From NCBI RefSeq assembly GCF_009914755.1, contig NC_060927.1: 64,000 nucleotides of DNA, one strand, 5' to 3'. Under the pieces are notes generated by a model. It saw only the letters and a program-made list of their open reading frames with translations, did not search any database and was not told the DNA's origin. This stretch comes from the human T2T-CHM13v2.0 reference genome, Homo sapiens. The translations under genes were made by a program, and so were the position numbers. This document shows positions 19,690 through 39,499 of the stretch, in pieces; positions within the stretch are counted from its first letter, which is position 1; each line of letters opens with the position of its first letter.

Positions 19690-20138
19690 GTAGGTGGAAG
19701 GCAGGGGCAGGGGCTGTCAGGATGCTGTGAGAGGATATGGAGGGTTGCTGGGGCTGTGGTAGGCACCTAGGGCTCACTGCTCAAACCTTGCCTTATTCCC
19801 CTGGAGCTCAGTAAGCTTGTCTGGAAGGGAGGCCCTGTGCTCCAGGGAAGAGGTAAACTCGCATTGGGGATGGGTGAACCTGGCTGTGGCTCCACCATGG
19901 GCCAGCGAGGTAGTGGGATAACTTGGATGACCTCTCTGAGTCTGTGTGGTGGGAGGAGTCCCCTGCTGAGGACGGGGTTGCGACGAGAAGAGCTCTTCCT
20001 TTAGCAGATCATTTCAAGCTGTGGTTTGAAATTGGAACAGAGGCAGGGCAATAGGATAACTTGTGTCATGAGGGATTCCTAGGGATCCAGCTGTGGCCAA
20101 CGGGAATTTCTTCAGAAAAACAACCCAGAATGGTGGTG

Positions 20139-20273
20139 TTTTTTGTTTTTTTTTGTGATGGAGATGGGGTCTCACTACGTTGTCCAGGCTGGTCTCAAAC
20201 TCCTGGCTCAAGATCCTCTCACATTGGCTTCCCAAAGTGCTGGGCTTACAGGTGTGAGCCCTTGTGCCCAGGC
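20139..20273 (-). mobile_element. FLAM / Alu left monomer
   Basis: Single Alu arm. Confidence 0.75.
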
Positions 20274-20312
20274 AGTTGGGCAGTTGGTTTTTAGTATAGA
20301 CATCCTTACTGA

Positions 20313-20942
<630 letters not shown>

Positions 20943-22258
20943 TGACGTATGTAAACCCCCCAGGGACAGGAGCCATCACTGGCTTAATCACCTCTGTCTC
21001 CAGGGCCTGGCTGCAGGAGGCCCTGAGTAATTTTGAAGGAATGGATGGTGGGGTAAGGAGAGCTGTGTCCAGGCTGCAGGTTAGCTGATTTGTTTTGGTT
21101 GTTTCTCTCCATCCACCTTCCCCTGAAGCCTGTGGAGCCCCCTTTCTTGGTTCCTCTGAGGCACGGCTATGGTTGCCCCTTCCTTTTCCTCCTCACGCAT
21201 CACATTTACCCATGTCTGCCTGCCACTTAATATTCCTACACATGCATGGTTTGTTCTGTTCCTTTCTTTACTCCTTGAGGCGTGTATTCCAAGTAGGCAG
21301 GGTAGTTTTGTGTCTCGGTTCCTTTTCTCAAGTGTATTGCGTGTCTTTGCATCCACCGTGAGAAGCTGCTGCAGGCTAGACGCAAACCCAGTAGGGGCAA
21401 AGCATCCAGCATTTGTGGGCTTATATGTTACTGTCATTGTTCAGGAAAGCTCCAGAAATGCATCCCTGGCAGAGGCTGGTATTGGTGCCATTCCTTCCCA
21501 GCTCTTGGCCATCGAACCTAGTCTGCGAAGATCTGGGGTTCCCATAGGAGAGGTGGGTGTTTCTCAGCGTCAGGAAGCCAGGAGCTTCAGTTCAGCCAAC
21601 ACACATTGGTTCCTGGAAGACCTCCTAGGGCCAAGTTGTAGGGATACAATGGTGAGTAAGTCAGACATGACCCTTGCCCTCAGAGCTCATATTTTACTAG
21701 GGTTCCCAATAATAGGAAATAGACAAGATCTTTTCATGTAGTTTTACATGCGAGGAAGACAGTCACACAGGCAAAGAAAGCCAGGACCTCCCAGCCTTCT
21801 ACCCTCACCACCTGCAGAGGCTCATGAGTGCTACCACAGTGGACACCTTTGCAGAATTTCATCCAGATGTTTGAGCTAATTTCTTCAGGCTTGGGTGGAC
21901 TTGGCCCTGCTGGGGTCTTACAGTCCCTAAGCAGCCGGGCCACCTGTGTCCCACATGATTATCTGTGTCTGTGCCTACCACGCCAAAGGAGCTGCATGCT
22001 TGAGGAACTCTCTTCTGGCACCTTCTCTTCCTTTGCCTTGAGCTTCAGCCACTAATCTCCCACTCTGTTGATTGAAGAGGTGAGAGACCCATAGGTGAGC
22101 GTGTGGCGGGCATGGCATGCCTGGGCACTAATAAGGCATCTGCCCGGGCCATCCCCATGTGCTTCTGGAGCCCCAGGTTCCAAAACGACTTGTTCCCCAA
22201 ATGGAGGCAGCCCTACCCCGCTCCCGTGTCTTGATGCCTGCTATTTGTGTCTACATAG

Positions 22259-22685
<427 letters not shown>

Positions 22686-24399
22686 TTATTTTGAGTTAGT
22701 TATCATCCTTGAGGGATCCGGAGACTTCACATAGAAATCCGGATGCTTTTTGAAAATCCAAGATCTGTGGGTGCTGGCTCTGTGTTCCTCTCTGGTAACG
22801 CTGACGGAGCTGAGGCATAGCTGCCCTTGCAGGTAGGGCCTGTGTCCCCAGGTTTACCCCGTCCCCTACTCTGTCAGTTTCATGGCCCTGCCTGCCTTCC
22901 GTGGGCCCTGGACACTGATCTGGTAAAGTATTAAAGAGATCAGGGTCATGCCCAACACTTAGAGATTTTAAAGAACTAACAGAAGCAGCATGCAGTCTGA
23001 AGCCAGACTTTTTAGGTTTGAATTTTGGCCTAATCCTTAGGATGGTCAGATGAGTCACCCTTATCTATAGAAATGAGAGGATGAGAGTAAACACTCATAG
23101 AGTTGTTATAAAGATCAAATAAATTAGTGCATATAAAGTACTTGGCTGTTGGCGAGTGCTCAGTATCTGGCTGTTACTGTACATGGCTACCAAAGTTAAA
23201 CTATTTGTACAAAAACTGGATGGAAGAGCCTGTGACAGGCGTGTAGAAAGCATAAGCAGCCAGTAGGTAGGACAAAAATAGCTTTGAGCCTGATGCTTTA
23301 GGCATTTTACACACATTATCTCAGGCTCATGGTACCCATGCAGGTGGGTGCTTTTTCTCCGTTTGCTGGGTGGAGCTCACAGTACCCACTCAGGTGGGCA
23401 CTCTATCCCTGTTTGCTGGGTGCGGAGACTGAGGAGTGCTAGGAAGCAGCACACCTAGAGCCAGGAGGAGCATGAGCTTTGGATTCAGATGCATCTGGGG
23501 TCGAGTCTTGCCTCTCCTCTAGGAGAAAATATTTTGACCTGAGCCTTGGTTTCCTCTGTAGGATCGAGAGAAACAAGGTTATTATGAGGATTACATGAGG
23601 TAATTCATGGAAAGCGCTGTTATTCCCTGGCAGGTCTGGGATTTGATTCTGCCCCACTTTCCAGCCATTAAATTAGCCTGCTACTCTCTCCTGGAGTAAC
23701 TGGGTCAGCGGTGGAAGGCACAGCAGGCAGTGTAGGCATTCACACATTTGCGCTGCTTGCCCTCCAGTCCCACAGGGAAGTCCCCCTGGATGCAGTGGTT
23801 GCTTTACAGGAGGGGGATTGAGTTGGGCAGTCTGCCCTGCATAGCAAGCAGGAAGCTCTTGGCCCTGGAGGGAGACATTACCTCATCCTGCAAGGTTGCT
23901 CGCTACAAAAATTATACGGGGAAATGAGCTGGGTTAAGAGGAGTCAAGGATTGGCAGTCTTGGCACATCCAGCACGAGGTGTGTTGGGGCATGAGAGGTC
24001 CGTGGAGTGGTCTGCCCAGCATCTGCAGCACAAAGTAAGAGTTTCATAAGAGAGTCATTATACTTACTGAGGACTTAGTATCTGCTTGGCATTGTCTAGG
24101 TAATTTCTAGATAGCAATGTTCCTGTGAGGTTTCATCTCTGCCTGTTTTACTGATGAATAAACTAAGGCACAAAAGGTTAGATAAGTTGGCCATAGTCAC
24201 ATAGCAAGTGGCAGAGTCAGCAGCCTGGCTTGAGTCCATGCTCCCAGTGACTGTATTGTGCCAACAGTTGGTGAGTTTATTTGGTTATTGTGAGTTCCAT
24301 GGGCACTCTGTGTTACATAAGGCCTGGCCCACATTTTAAAACATTGTTACAGAAAATTTCAAACAGGTATGTAGAATGGTGTAGTGAACTTTGACCATT

Positions 24400-24775
24400 T
24401 GTCTTAGTCCATTTTCTGCTGCTACAACAGAATACCATAGACTGGGTAATTTATAATGAACAGAAATTTATTGACTTATGGTTTTGGAGGCTGGAAGTCC
24501 AAAATTGAGGGCTGGCATCTGGTGAGGGCCTTCTTGCCATGTCATCCCATGGCAAAAAGGTGAGAGTTAAAGAGACAGAGTGAGAGCCCAGAGGGGGCCA
24601 GACTCATCCTTTTACAAGGACCTACTCCCTGGATAGCAGTGCTTTTATCCTCCATTCATGAGAGCAGATCCCTCATGGCCTGATCACCCCTTAAAGGTCC
24701 CACCTTTTAATACTGTTAAATGGGGGATTAAGATGCCAACACATGCTTTCTGGGGGGTACATTCAAACTGTAGCA
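24400..24775 (-). mobile_element. MST-type MaLR solo LTR inserted into an old L1MC fragment (~24330-25610)
   Basis: TGTCTTAGTCCATTTTCTGCTGCT...ACATTCAAACTGTAGCA. Confidence 0.75.
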
Positions 24776-26523
24776 CTCTACCCAGCTTCCACAGCTGTCA
24801 TAGTCACAGCCAATCGAGTGTTCTTAATACACCACCCATTCACCCTTGGTATATTTCAAGGCAAATTCCAGGCATGCCGTTTTTTTCTGTAACTACATCA
24901 GTATGTATATGAAAAAGAAAAGACTCTCTTTGAATAAACCTAGCCACAATACCATTATCTCACTTTAAGAGGTGATTAACAATTCCTTAATATCCAATAT
25001 TCTGTTGTTGTTCACATTTCCCTGATTATCTTACCCCTTCCCCCTGTTTTTTACAGCTTCTTGGAGTCATTATCCAAATAAGATCCATAAGTTGTGATTG
25101 GTTGATATCTCTTAAGTCTCATAATCTTTAGATCTTTTCTCCATCTCTTTTTTCCTTGTAATTTTTTGTGGAAGAAACTGGGTCATTTGTTCTGTTGAGC
25201 CTTGCAGTCGAGATATTGCTAATTATGTCCCCATTAGACACACACCTCTGTCACCTGTGTTTTCTGTAATTTGGCAGTCAGGCACTGAAGCCTAGTCAGG
25301 TAAATGCCTGCTTATTTTCTTTGACTTACTAGTTTTAAAAATAATGAATTGGTTCCCAGGTGACCTGGGTATCATAACAGACAAATAGGCCCGCCGGGTG
25401 TTGAGGTTTCCACGCTGCAGGTGTCATCCCTACAATGCTCAAGTGTCCCTTTTTTGCCAGCGTGAACCTATTCATGTTGGCTCCTGAGTTCTGTTGACAT
25501 GACCCTGGTTGTCTTTGAGTGATTTTTTGCTTTCTGGTAGAAGATATTGCAGGCTTCTCTTGTACATTTCCAGCCCCGGACCTGGAATTGGACATTTCTC
25601 CAAGAAGCCCCGTGGGAAGTGTTACTTGCTTTCAGAGGGAGATAGGAGTTTGAGACACCTCTAAAGCTGCATGAATTTGATGGTGCAGGCAGGACATACA
25701 GGATGCAGCCTGATGGGGGTGTCTCCCCTCCACCTTCAGGGCTGGTTTTCCTGCCTTAGTCCCCTCTCCCCAGGCGAGGGCCAGTGCTTTCTGAGCTTCT
25801 TTGTCTGTCCTACAAGGAGGGAAGGATGTGGGTGTGGCCAGTGCAGGGGGGTATGAAGGCTGAAAGCTATCAAAACATGGCTCTGCTGCAGGTGGAGTTG
25901 GAAGCAGTCTCCTACAAGCAAGAAATGTCTTTGATGTCTCTAATTCTATCTAAAATTCATGAAGATTTTGCTCTCTCCCTGTCTCTTTCTTTCTCTCACA
26001 CACACACTGAAATAGAAATGTTCCAGTGACTCACTAGTTGGAATTACTTCCTGGTGGACACATCTCCCAGATGTGCCACATTTATTGCATTGACGAGGCA
26101 GGCACTTGCATGAACTGTCGCATTTGTACCCACCCTTCTGTGAGTTGGATGTTGCCATCTCTCTTTTCCATATGAAGAAACTGAGGCTTGAGGTAGGCCA
26201 GTGCCATGACAGACCTGGTTCTGGTCTTATTTCTGCTCTTGGTCTGTGATCTTGGGAAAGGCCTTTCTGAAATATGTCAAGATTAGGGGTTCAGATGAAG
26301 GTTCTTCTAAACTCCAAAGTTCTGTGACTCTTGGGAAGAGCCAACTAATGAAAAGCTTTAGAGTCGGGCACGGCTTGATACCAGGGCCTGATGCAGTTGC
26401 AGCAGCTGTGGAAGTGGGTGTCTTTGAGCTGGGGATGTCGTGGTTCCCTGATGCCAGAGCATGTGGGTGACCTACTCTGTGAGTATCTGTTCCCATTCTT
26501 GTCGGTCTCCCTCCCTTTCTCAG

Positions 26524-26617
26524 ATCTTTGCCAGCATTGCTCCTTCCATCTATGGTCATGAAGACATCAAGAGAGGCCTGGCTCTGGCCCTGTTCGGAGG
26601 GGAGCCCAAAAACCCAG
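26524..26617 (+). CDS. MCM2: MCM2 exon 9
   Basis: cag|ATCTTT...CCAG|gtgagc; [26 protein letters not shown]. Confidence 0.97.
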
Positions 26618-27447
26618 GTGAGCACCCACCTTTCCTCTGCAGGGGTGTTAGCAGCTTTCTCTTTGGGGAGCCAGCATTCAAAGAAGGACACAGTGTTTTT
26701 AAAGCCTGGGTGCTGGGGAGAAAGAATGCATTAAAAGATGGTCTGGCTGGGCGTGACTCATTCTTCAAGGGAGAGGGTGGCCCTGAGTTGGGCATTCTGG
26801 GTGTTGGGCTGTTGGTCAGGGAGCCAGTGTCTGCCTGCTTTTGTGATTTAAGCAAATGAGTCTTTGCTTCTCTTCTATGTAAAAAATACTTTGTCTTTTA
26901 AAAACCTGTTTTAAGTACAAAAATACTATTGACACATGAGTTTGTATTTATATTACACTTTTATAGAACACTAAAAGTCATGGGTGAGGCTGATTTCCCC
27001 ATTGACCCCCACTTCTCTTCCTAGTCCCTCCCTTTGTGGCCATTTACAATTACACAGCAAACACAGGGTTTCATGACTACACGTGTTTATTTGTACAAGC
27101 GCAGCGTCCCCTGTGTGTGCCCAGTGCTGTGCCTGTGCGCAGTGCATCCCACCGAGCTCTCCCGCTCAGTGCCACACTGCAGCATCTTTTCTTGTTAGTG
27201 CATACAGAGCAATTGCCTTCTTTTAAATGACTATCATGCCACCAGATAACGCAGTTTATTTAGCTCTCCCTTTGGAGAACACTTAGATTGTTTCTGATAT
27301 TTCACATTTGCCAAGGACATCTCGTGCAACCCTCCTCTGCACCCGTGTGTGTTTCCCTGGGAGTGCCCAGAGTGGGACTGCATGGCGTAGGGCATTGTAT
27401 CCCTTTCTAGAGGGACTGTGCCTTACCATTCCTAACAAGTAGGTTGA

Positions 27448-27903
<456 letters not shown>

Positions 27904-27916
27904 TGAACCATGCTAA

Positions 27917-28126
<210 letters not shown>

Positions 28127-28578
28127 TGAATTGGGAGCCCACGGGGTCCCCAGGAGCCGATCTGAGGAAGTCATTGTGCAGCAGAGGGTTCCCCTCTTCT
28201 GCATATCCTGCCAGAGTGGGGAACAGTGAAAGTGGGACCTGGGACACCTGGGTTTCCTGTTGAGTCATGTTCCTGGAATCACCTTGGATGTTCTCAGAAG
28301 GCATGGGAGGAGAGCCCAGTGCCCCTCTGGCCAGGATGGAGTTGGCTGTTGGTCTCAGCAGCGAATGCGTAAAAGAACCCAGGCTCTGTCACCCACTGTG
28401 TTCTTGGTTTTTCCTCCTGGGGAAGCAGTTATGCTTTCTGTCTAAATTAGGCTATTTTGGGCCCTGGTTAGGGTAAGCTCTTTGCTGTCTCAGACAGCAG
28501 GTGCTAAGTACCCACCTATGTCTTCCTCTTCCACTGCCCTCATCCCCTTCTGCCATCAGAGCAGCCTGGGGTCCCTGA

Positions 28579-28746
<168 letters not shown>

Positions 28747-29688
28747 TAGCTCGCATGTGCCCGGTTTCCATGAACTGTGGTTTGGGGACCTCAGGTGAGG
28801 CTTGGGGTCATACAGTGTGCCCAACACAGGGGACAGGTGCTGCAGGGGCCATAGGCTGTTTTCTAGTCCTGTTCCCTCGGTCTCTTCTCATGTCCAGAAG
28901 TCGCCCTGATTTCTCTTTCCTTCACAGCACCCCCGACCCCCACCCTACATAACCCACAATCCACCAAATCCTGTTGTCCCAACTCCTGAGCCTACCCACC
29001 TCCCTCACTTCTGCCTCTGACTTGAGGCACTACCATCATCTGAACTGGCCTCCTGGCACCCATGTAGACTGTCTTCCAGTTGAAGGCATAAATCAGATCA
29101 GCCCCGTCCTTAACAACTGCTTGAGGCTTTCTGCTGTCATCAGAATAGAATCCAGGGTCCTCCCCTCCGGCCCGCACCCGCCATCTCTGCAGCTACCTCC
29201 TCCTCGCTCCCTTCCCTCACCTGCACCTGCACCTGCCCTTCTCTCTCAAAAGGGCCGAGCCTTGGGGCTTGATTGTGCTCCTTGCTCCTGGCAGACGCTC
29301 TCCCACACTGTCACATGACTTGCATCTCATTGTCGTCATCTCAGCTCCCTGTCTTTCAGGGAGGGGCTTTGCCGGGCACCCTTAGCTAGAGGCATCTCCT
29401 TGGTCCCTTGATCCTATCACTCTATTTTTCTTCTGAGCATTACTTTCCATAATTAATTTTTAAGACTATTTGTCTCCTGTCCCCTTGTGGAGATGAGCCC
29501 TGTGGGGACTCTGTCCCATTGTCTGGTTTGCCACCCACACCCAGAACTGCCTGGCACATGGTCAGTGTAGTCAGTCTTGTTGAAAGAGTGTCACCCTTGT
29601 AGGGCACACTCAGCCCTTCTCCAGCCACTGACCTCCCCAAAGCCACGCACACCCACAATCAGACCCACCCTCTCATGGCTTATCTTAG

Positions 29689-30655
<967 letters not shown>

Positions 30656-31341
30656 TATTTTTTTAAATGATAGGTATTAATATATACCTTAACCATTTTG
30701 TTTTAGATGAAATTTAAATGTGCATTCATTTGTCTCAGTGTAGGGCCAAGGCCTTAATTGTTGATGTGCTTATTAAGTTCCATATTGACTTTGTGTAAAT
30801 TTCACTCTAATGAACACAAGGTCTTTGGCTCATTCATAGTGGAATGGAAACTTAAAGCAGCTTGCAAGCCATGGGAATGCCGAGTCCTTGTAGATTGCTG
30901 CCTCAGCCACACCCAGTCAACACAGCAGCTTTTCAAATTTCTGCCTTTTAACTTTACCAAGTTTTTTCAGATCATTCAATTTAGTTTTCCTACAAACAAC
31001 GACCTTTTTTTGCACTTACATTGTACAGGATTATTCAATATTTAGTGTGTGACAATAACCAATACAGCTGGCCACAAATACAACAGCCTCTGAGATGCAC
31101 AGAAGTCAGCTGGTGGGAGCAGAACTGTGCAGGTGTGATGGTGACAGGCCGTAAGCATGCAGCATCCACTGGCATCCTCTGATTTCCAGGAGGGATAGGA
31201 AGTGTGCATTCACTGGGCAGCGCAGTCAAGCATTCTGCATTTCTGCTGGGGCACTGTCAGATGGGTCTTCTTGGCTCTGGGTGCTAAGAGTGCCGCTGCT
31301 TTATTTTCCTTGCTTCTCTTTCCTGCCCGTGAAAGACCTGA

Positions 31342-31650
<309 letters not shown>

Positions 31651-31677
31651 TGACCTGGGTGCTGGCACGTAGGGTAA

Positions 31678-31950
<273 letters not shown>

Positions 31951-32234
31951 TGATGGGGGCTCCATCATAATGGGTCATGAAGTGGGTGGGCCTTGGTTGA
32001 CAGCCATTTATTGAATGCTTACAGTCTGTTGAGTCCAGTTCTGTGCCTGTAGTCTGACAGCAGGGGAGTGAGGTGAGTCCTGTTACTGCCTTCCTGTTGT
32101 GCAGAGGTGGAGACAGATACAGGGCAGCCAAGTAACTTGTCTCAGTTTACACGCACAGCTTGTACAGCAGAGATTTGAAGCCCCTTAATCGGCCTCTCCA
32201 CCCCTGGATATTTTCCTCCCATAAATGGAGGTGA

Positions 32235-32435
<201 letters not shown>

Positions 32436-33075
32436 GGCCCTATGCCATCCATAAGGATTCCTTGGGATTCTGGTTTGGGGTGGTCAGTGCCCTCTGTGCT
32501 TTATGGACACAAAACCAGAGCACTTGATGAACTCGGGGTACTAGGGTCAGGGCTTATAGCAGGATGTCTGGCTGCACCTGGCATGACTGTTTGTTTCTCC
32601 AAGCCTGCTTTGTGCTTCTCACCTTTGGGTGGGATGCCTTGCCAGTGTGTCTTACTTGGTTGCTGAACATCTTGCCACCTCCGAGTGCTTTGTCTCCACT
32701 CAGTACCTTGGATCAGAGCTGCTGAGTTCAGGATGCCTGCGTGTGGTTTAGGTGTTAGCCTTCTTACATGGATGTCAGGAGAGCTGCTGCCCTCTTGGCG
32801 TGAGTTGCGTATTCAGGCTGCTTTTGCTGCCTTTGGCCAGAGAGCTGGTTGAAGATGTTTGTAATCGTTTTCAGTCTCCTGCAGGTTTCTGTGCCCCTGT
32901 GGTGGAAGAGGGCACGACAGTGCCAGCGCAGCGTTCTGGGCTCCTCAGTCGCAGGGGTGGGATGTGAGTCATGCGGATTATCCACTCGCCACAGTTATCA
33001 GCTGCCATTGCTCCCTGTCTGTTTCCCCACTCTCTTATTTGTGCATTCGGTTTGGTTTCTGTAGTTTTAATTTTT

Positions 33076-33091
33076 AATAAAGTTGAATAAA
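33076..33091 (+). terminator. MCM2: MCM2 tandem polyadenylation signals
   Basis: AATAAA at 33076-33081 and 33086-33091, with U-rich upstream and GU-rich downstream sequence; 3'UTR ~660 nt. Confidence 0.9.
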
Positions 33092-33508
33092 ATATAAACG
33101 CTGGTATCTGTTGGCTTCCATTCCGCTTTAGTAAGTAACCTGGACTTCCGCTGAAGGCCCTTTCCACCTTCTCCGTTCAGAGTTCTGTAGGAGGTAGGTC
33201 GGGTTAAAAAAGCTGTTTTGTTTGTGGATGTAGAGAAAGCAAAAATGATATAGATATCCCCATTGAACTTGGTTTGCAGTCACTGCCTCTGTGATATCTA
33301 AGTGGAATCCATGGAAATCCTAGTTAGACGTGTATAGGACTAGAGGTGGTGTAGCCTACCCCACAGTGGGGCAGTACCATCCACCACCTCACCCAGAGAT
33401 GAGGTGCCGGAGGGACCTCATCAGCCTCAGCTGATGGGCTGCCGGAGGGATTGCAGTTCCCAGATGGGGTTCTGACATCTGTCTTGTCCAAGTTTTCCCT
33501 TCTTGAAC

Positions 33509-33795
<287 letters not shown>

Positions 33796-34365
33796 TAAAG
33801 GAAAAGGTGCCAGCCACAGGAAAATGGGCTGAAGCATAGGGCAGGGCAAGGATTGAGGCCAGAGTCAGGCAGGTCACACAGGACTTGTGCTCTAAGGAGG
33901 CTCTAGTCTGCCACAGCAGGCAGCCAGCAAGAGGGTGTTCAGGACAGCAGTGGTCCAGTGGTCTTGGAGAGCTGGCTGGCCACCAAATCATACTGAGAGG
34001 AGAAAGGACGGAAGAGTGGAGACTTGGGTGATGGAGATGGGGGAAAGTGGACATAGGTGTATTTTGCAGGTAGATTAGACAAGATGTAGTGATGAGTAAG
34101 ATGTAGGGGTAGGGCAAAAAGGAAAAACCCTGGATGACCAGGTCTGTGGCTGGGGAAATAGGTTGAAGTTTAGTAGGGAAAGCCAGGAGTTTCATTTCAG
34201 ACATGTTGGCTAGACAGGCCTTTTAGACATCCAAGTAGAAATGTGAAGTCTGCAGGCAGGTTGAGTCGACCACTGAGCAGAGGTGTGGGCATGAGGAGCG
34301 GTCATCATAGCTGCCACTGTGGGGCTAAGTGCCATCACCCCCAGAGTGCACAGAGAAATGATCCA

Positions 34366-34844
<479 letters not shown>

Positions 34845-34935
34845 CTACCATGTTTCATTGAATATAAGATGCCATTGAAGATAAGAATCACCATTTTATG
34901 TGCTTCTGAGGAAAAAATGTAAACATTTATAATGA

Positions 34936-35300
<365 letters not shown>

Positions 35301-35736
35301 TAGATGTGCACCTTTGAAATACAAGCTTTGTGGTAATGTGGGAGTTGCTGTAGCCTCGTCCAGCAGTTTCAATCCCTTGGTGACAGTGGAAGCCAGGTTG
35401 GAGTGCGGATAGAATAAACAGGAGGTGAGGAGGTAGAAACTGCTCATGGAGAAAACGCGTGAGAAGTTTGGCTCCAAGGGGCGTGTGAAATGGGACAGCC
35501 AACAAGGTATACAGGACCACAGTGAGGCTTTTCCGTTGATGTTTACTCTAAGACTGGAAAATTAGATTTTTTTTATTCATGCGATAGAATTTATTAATGG
35601 ATTAATTTGAAAGATAATTATGAGTGAAAAAACAAGATGTGATACATATATGTAAACATTTAAAACATACCGATATTACATAATGTGTGTGTACATACGT
35701 GTGTGTGTGTGTGTTTGTATGTTAAGGATAATTTAC

Positions 35737-36020
35737 GCCAGCAAGGTGGCTCATGCCTATAATCCTAGCACTTTGGGGGGCCAATGAGGGCGGATCACTG
35801 GAGCCTAGCCTGGGAAACATAGTGAGACCCCATCTCTACAAAAAAATAACAACAGTTAGCTGGGCATGGTGGCACAAACCTGTAATCCCAGCTACTCCAG
35901 GAGCTGAAGCAGGAGGATCACTTAAGCCTGGGAGAGCGAGGCTGCAGTGAGCTATGGTGGTGCCCTGGCACTCCAGCCTTGGTGACAGATCCAGACCCTG
36001 TCTCAAAGAAAAAAAAAACA
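35737..36020 (+). mobile_element. AluJ
   Basis: Diverged Alu. Confidence 0.85.
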
Positions 36021-36049
36021 AGATAAAATGTGAGCTTGGGTATTCTTGT

Positions 36050-38390
<2,341 letters not shown>

Positions 38391-39499
38391 GTTTCTTGTA
38401 ACAGAAAAACAAAACAAAACACAACAAAAAACCAAAGGGATGCTCCTTTCATCCTCAGAGGAGGAAAGAAGAGGGAAGCTGGGTCTAGACACACCCTGGA
38501 TTTCTCTTTTCCAAGCCCAGCTGACAGCCACTTTTCTAGTACCCCTAACACCCACCAAATAAAAGGTGCTACATTTTGCTCATGTTCTTTCTTTTGTCTG
38601 GAACCCATTTCTTCCCTATGCTCCTCCACCCCAACTCCTATTTCTCCTAAGTATTAATATTTAGTCTGGAAGAGTCCCGTGAGATTATCTCCAATGTCTG
38701 ATGCTATACCCCTGCATAGGGGGGTGGGGATATACTTTGAAAAAGCATATTCAAATAACGATTTGTTATTTTAAAGAAGTGTTTTCCTAATATGGTATAT
38801 ATAAAGTAACATTCCACAAAATTGTGGTTGCTGTATATTTAAGCTGCAGTACTTCTAAAAGGGTAGTCGGGGTTTTTCTCTCCCTAAAAGAGGCTGAGCT
38901 TCTTTCTAACTCAGGAACTCTATCAGTGAGCTTTTCCCTCTGCCTTGTAAGTTCTCTCCCAAACCCAATCTCCTACCTAATACCCACTCATCCTTCCAGA
39001 TGCCAGCCAGCTTACCTTAAATGCTGTTTCTTCAGGAAGGCAAGCATAAGGTTCCCCTCTGTGCTGTCTCCTAGCCCCTTATACTCCTTAACAGACCGAC
39101 TACCAATTGCAATCATAGGACCATATGTGTGTCCATTTTGTTTTTCAGTCTGTTTTCTCTACGAGCCTAAACTATGAGGACGAGGGATGTGCCTGTTTTA
39201 TTTACCACTACAGTGCTTGGCATATTAAGGATCTTCAGTTGCCAAAAGGGAGCACATGTTAGAGAAGTCAGCACCTCTCTCATAATCTAAAACCCCCCAG
39301 TTAGCAAATGGGGCAAGTGGGGCCCAGAGGTGAGAAGAGATTTACTCAAGGTCTCGGAACCAATCTGATCCTGAGCCAGACTGCCTAGCTCTAAAGTCCA
39401 GTTCTTTGCTCTCAGGTTCTCCTTCAGGGCTCACCCAATCTAAGTACCCTGAGAAGTCTTTCCTTACCCCAGGCCTCTGTCCACCCTCACAGTCATTTC

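Noticed and set aside
21169-21741. 190-aa intronic ORF in MCM2 intron 8
   Set aside because: No recognisable homology, splice context or compositional signal; length is compatible with chance
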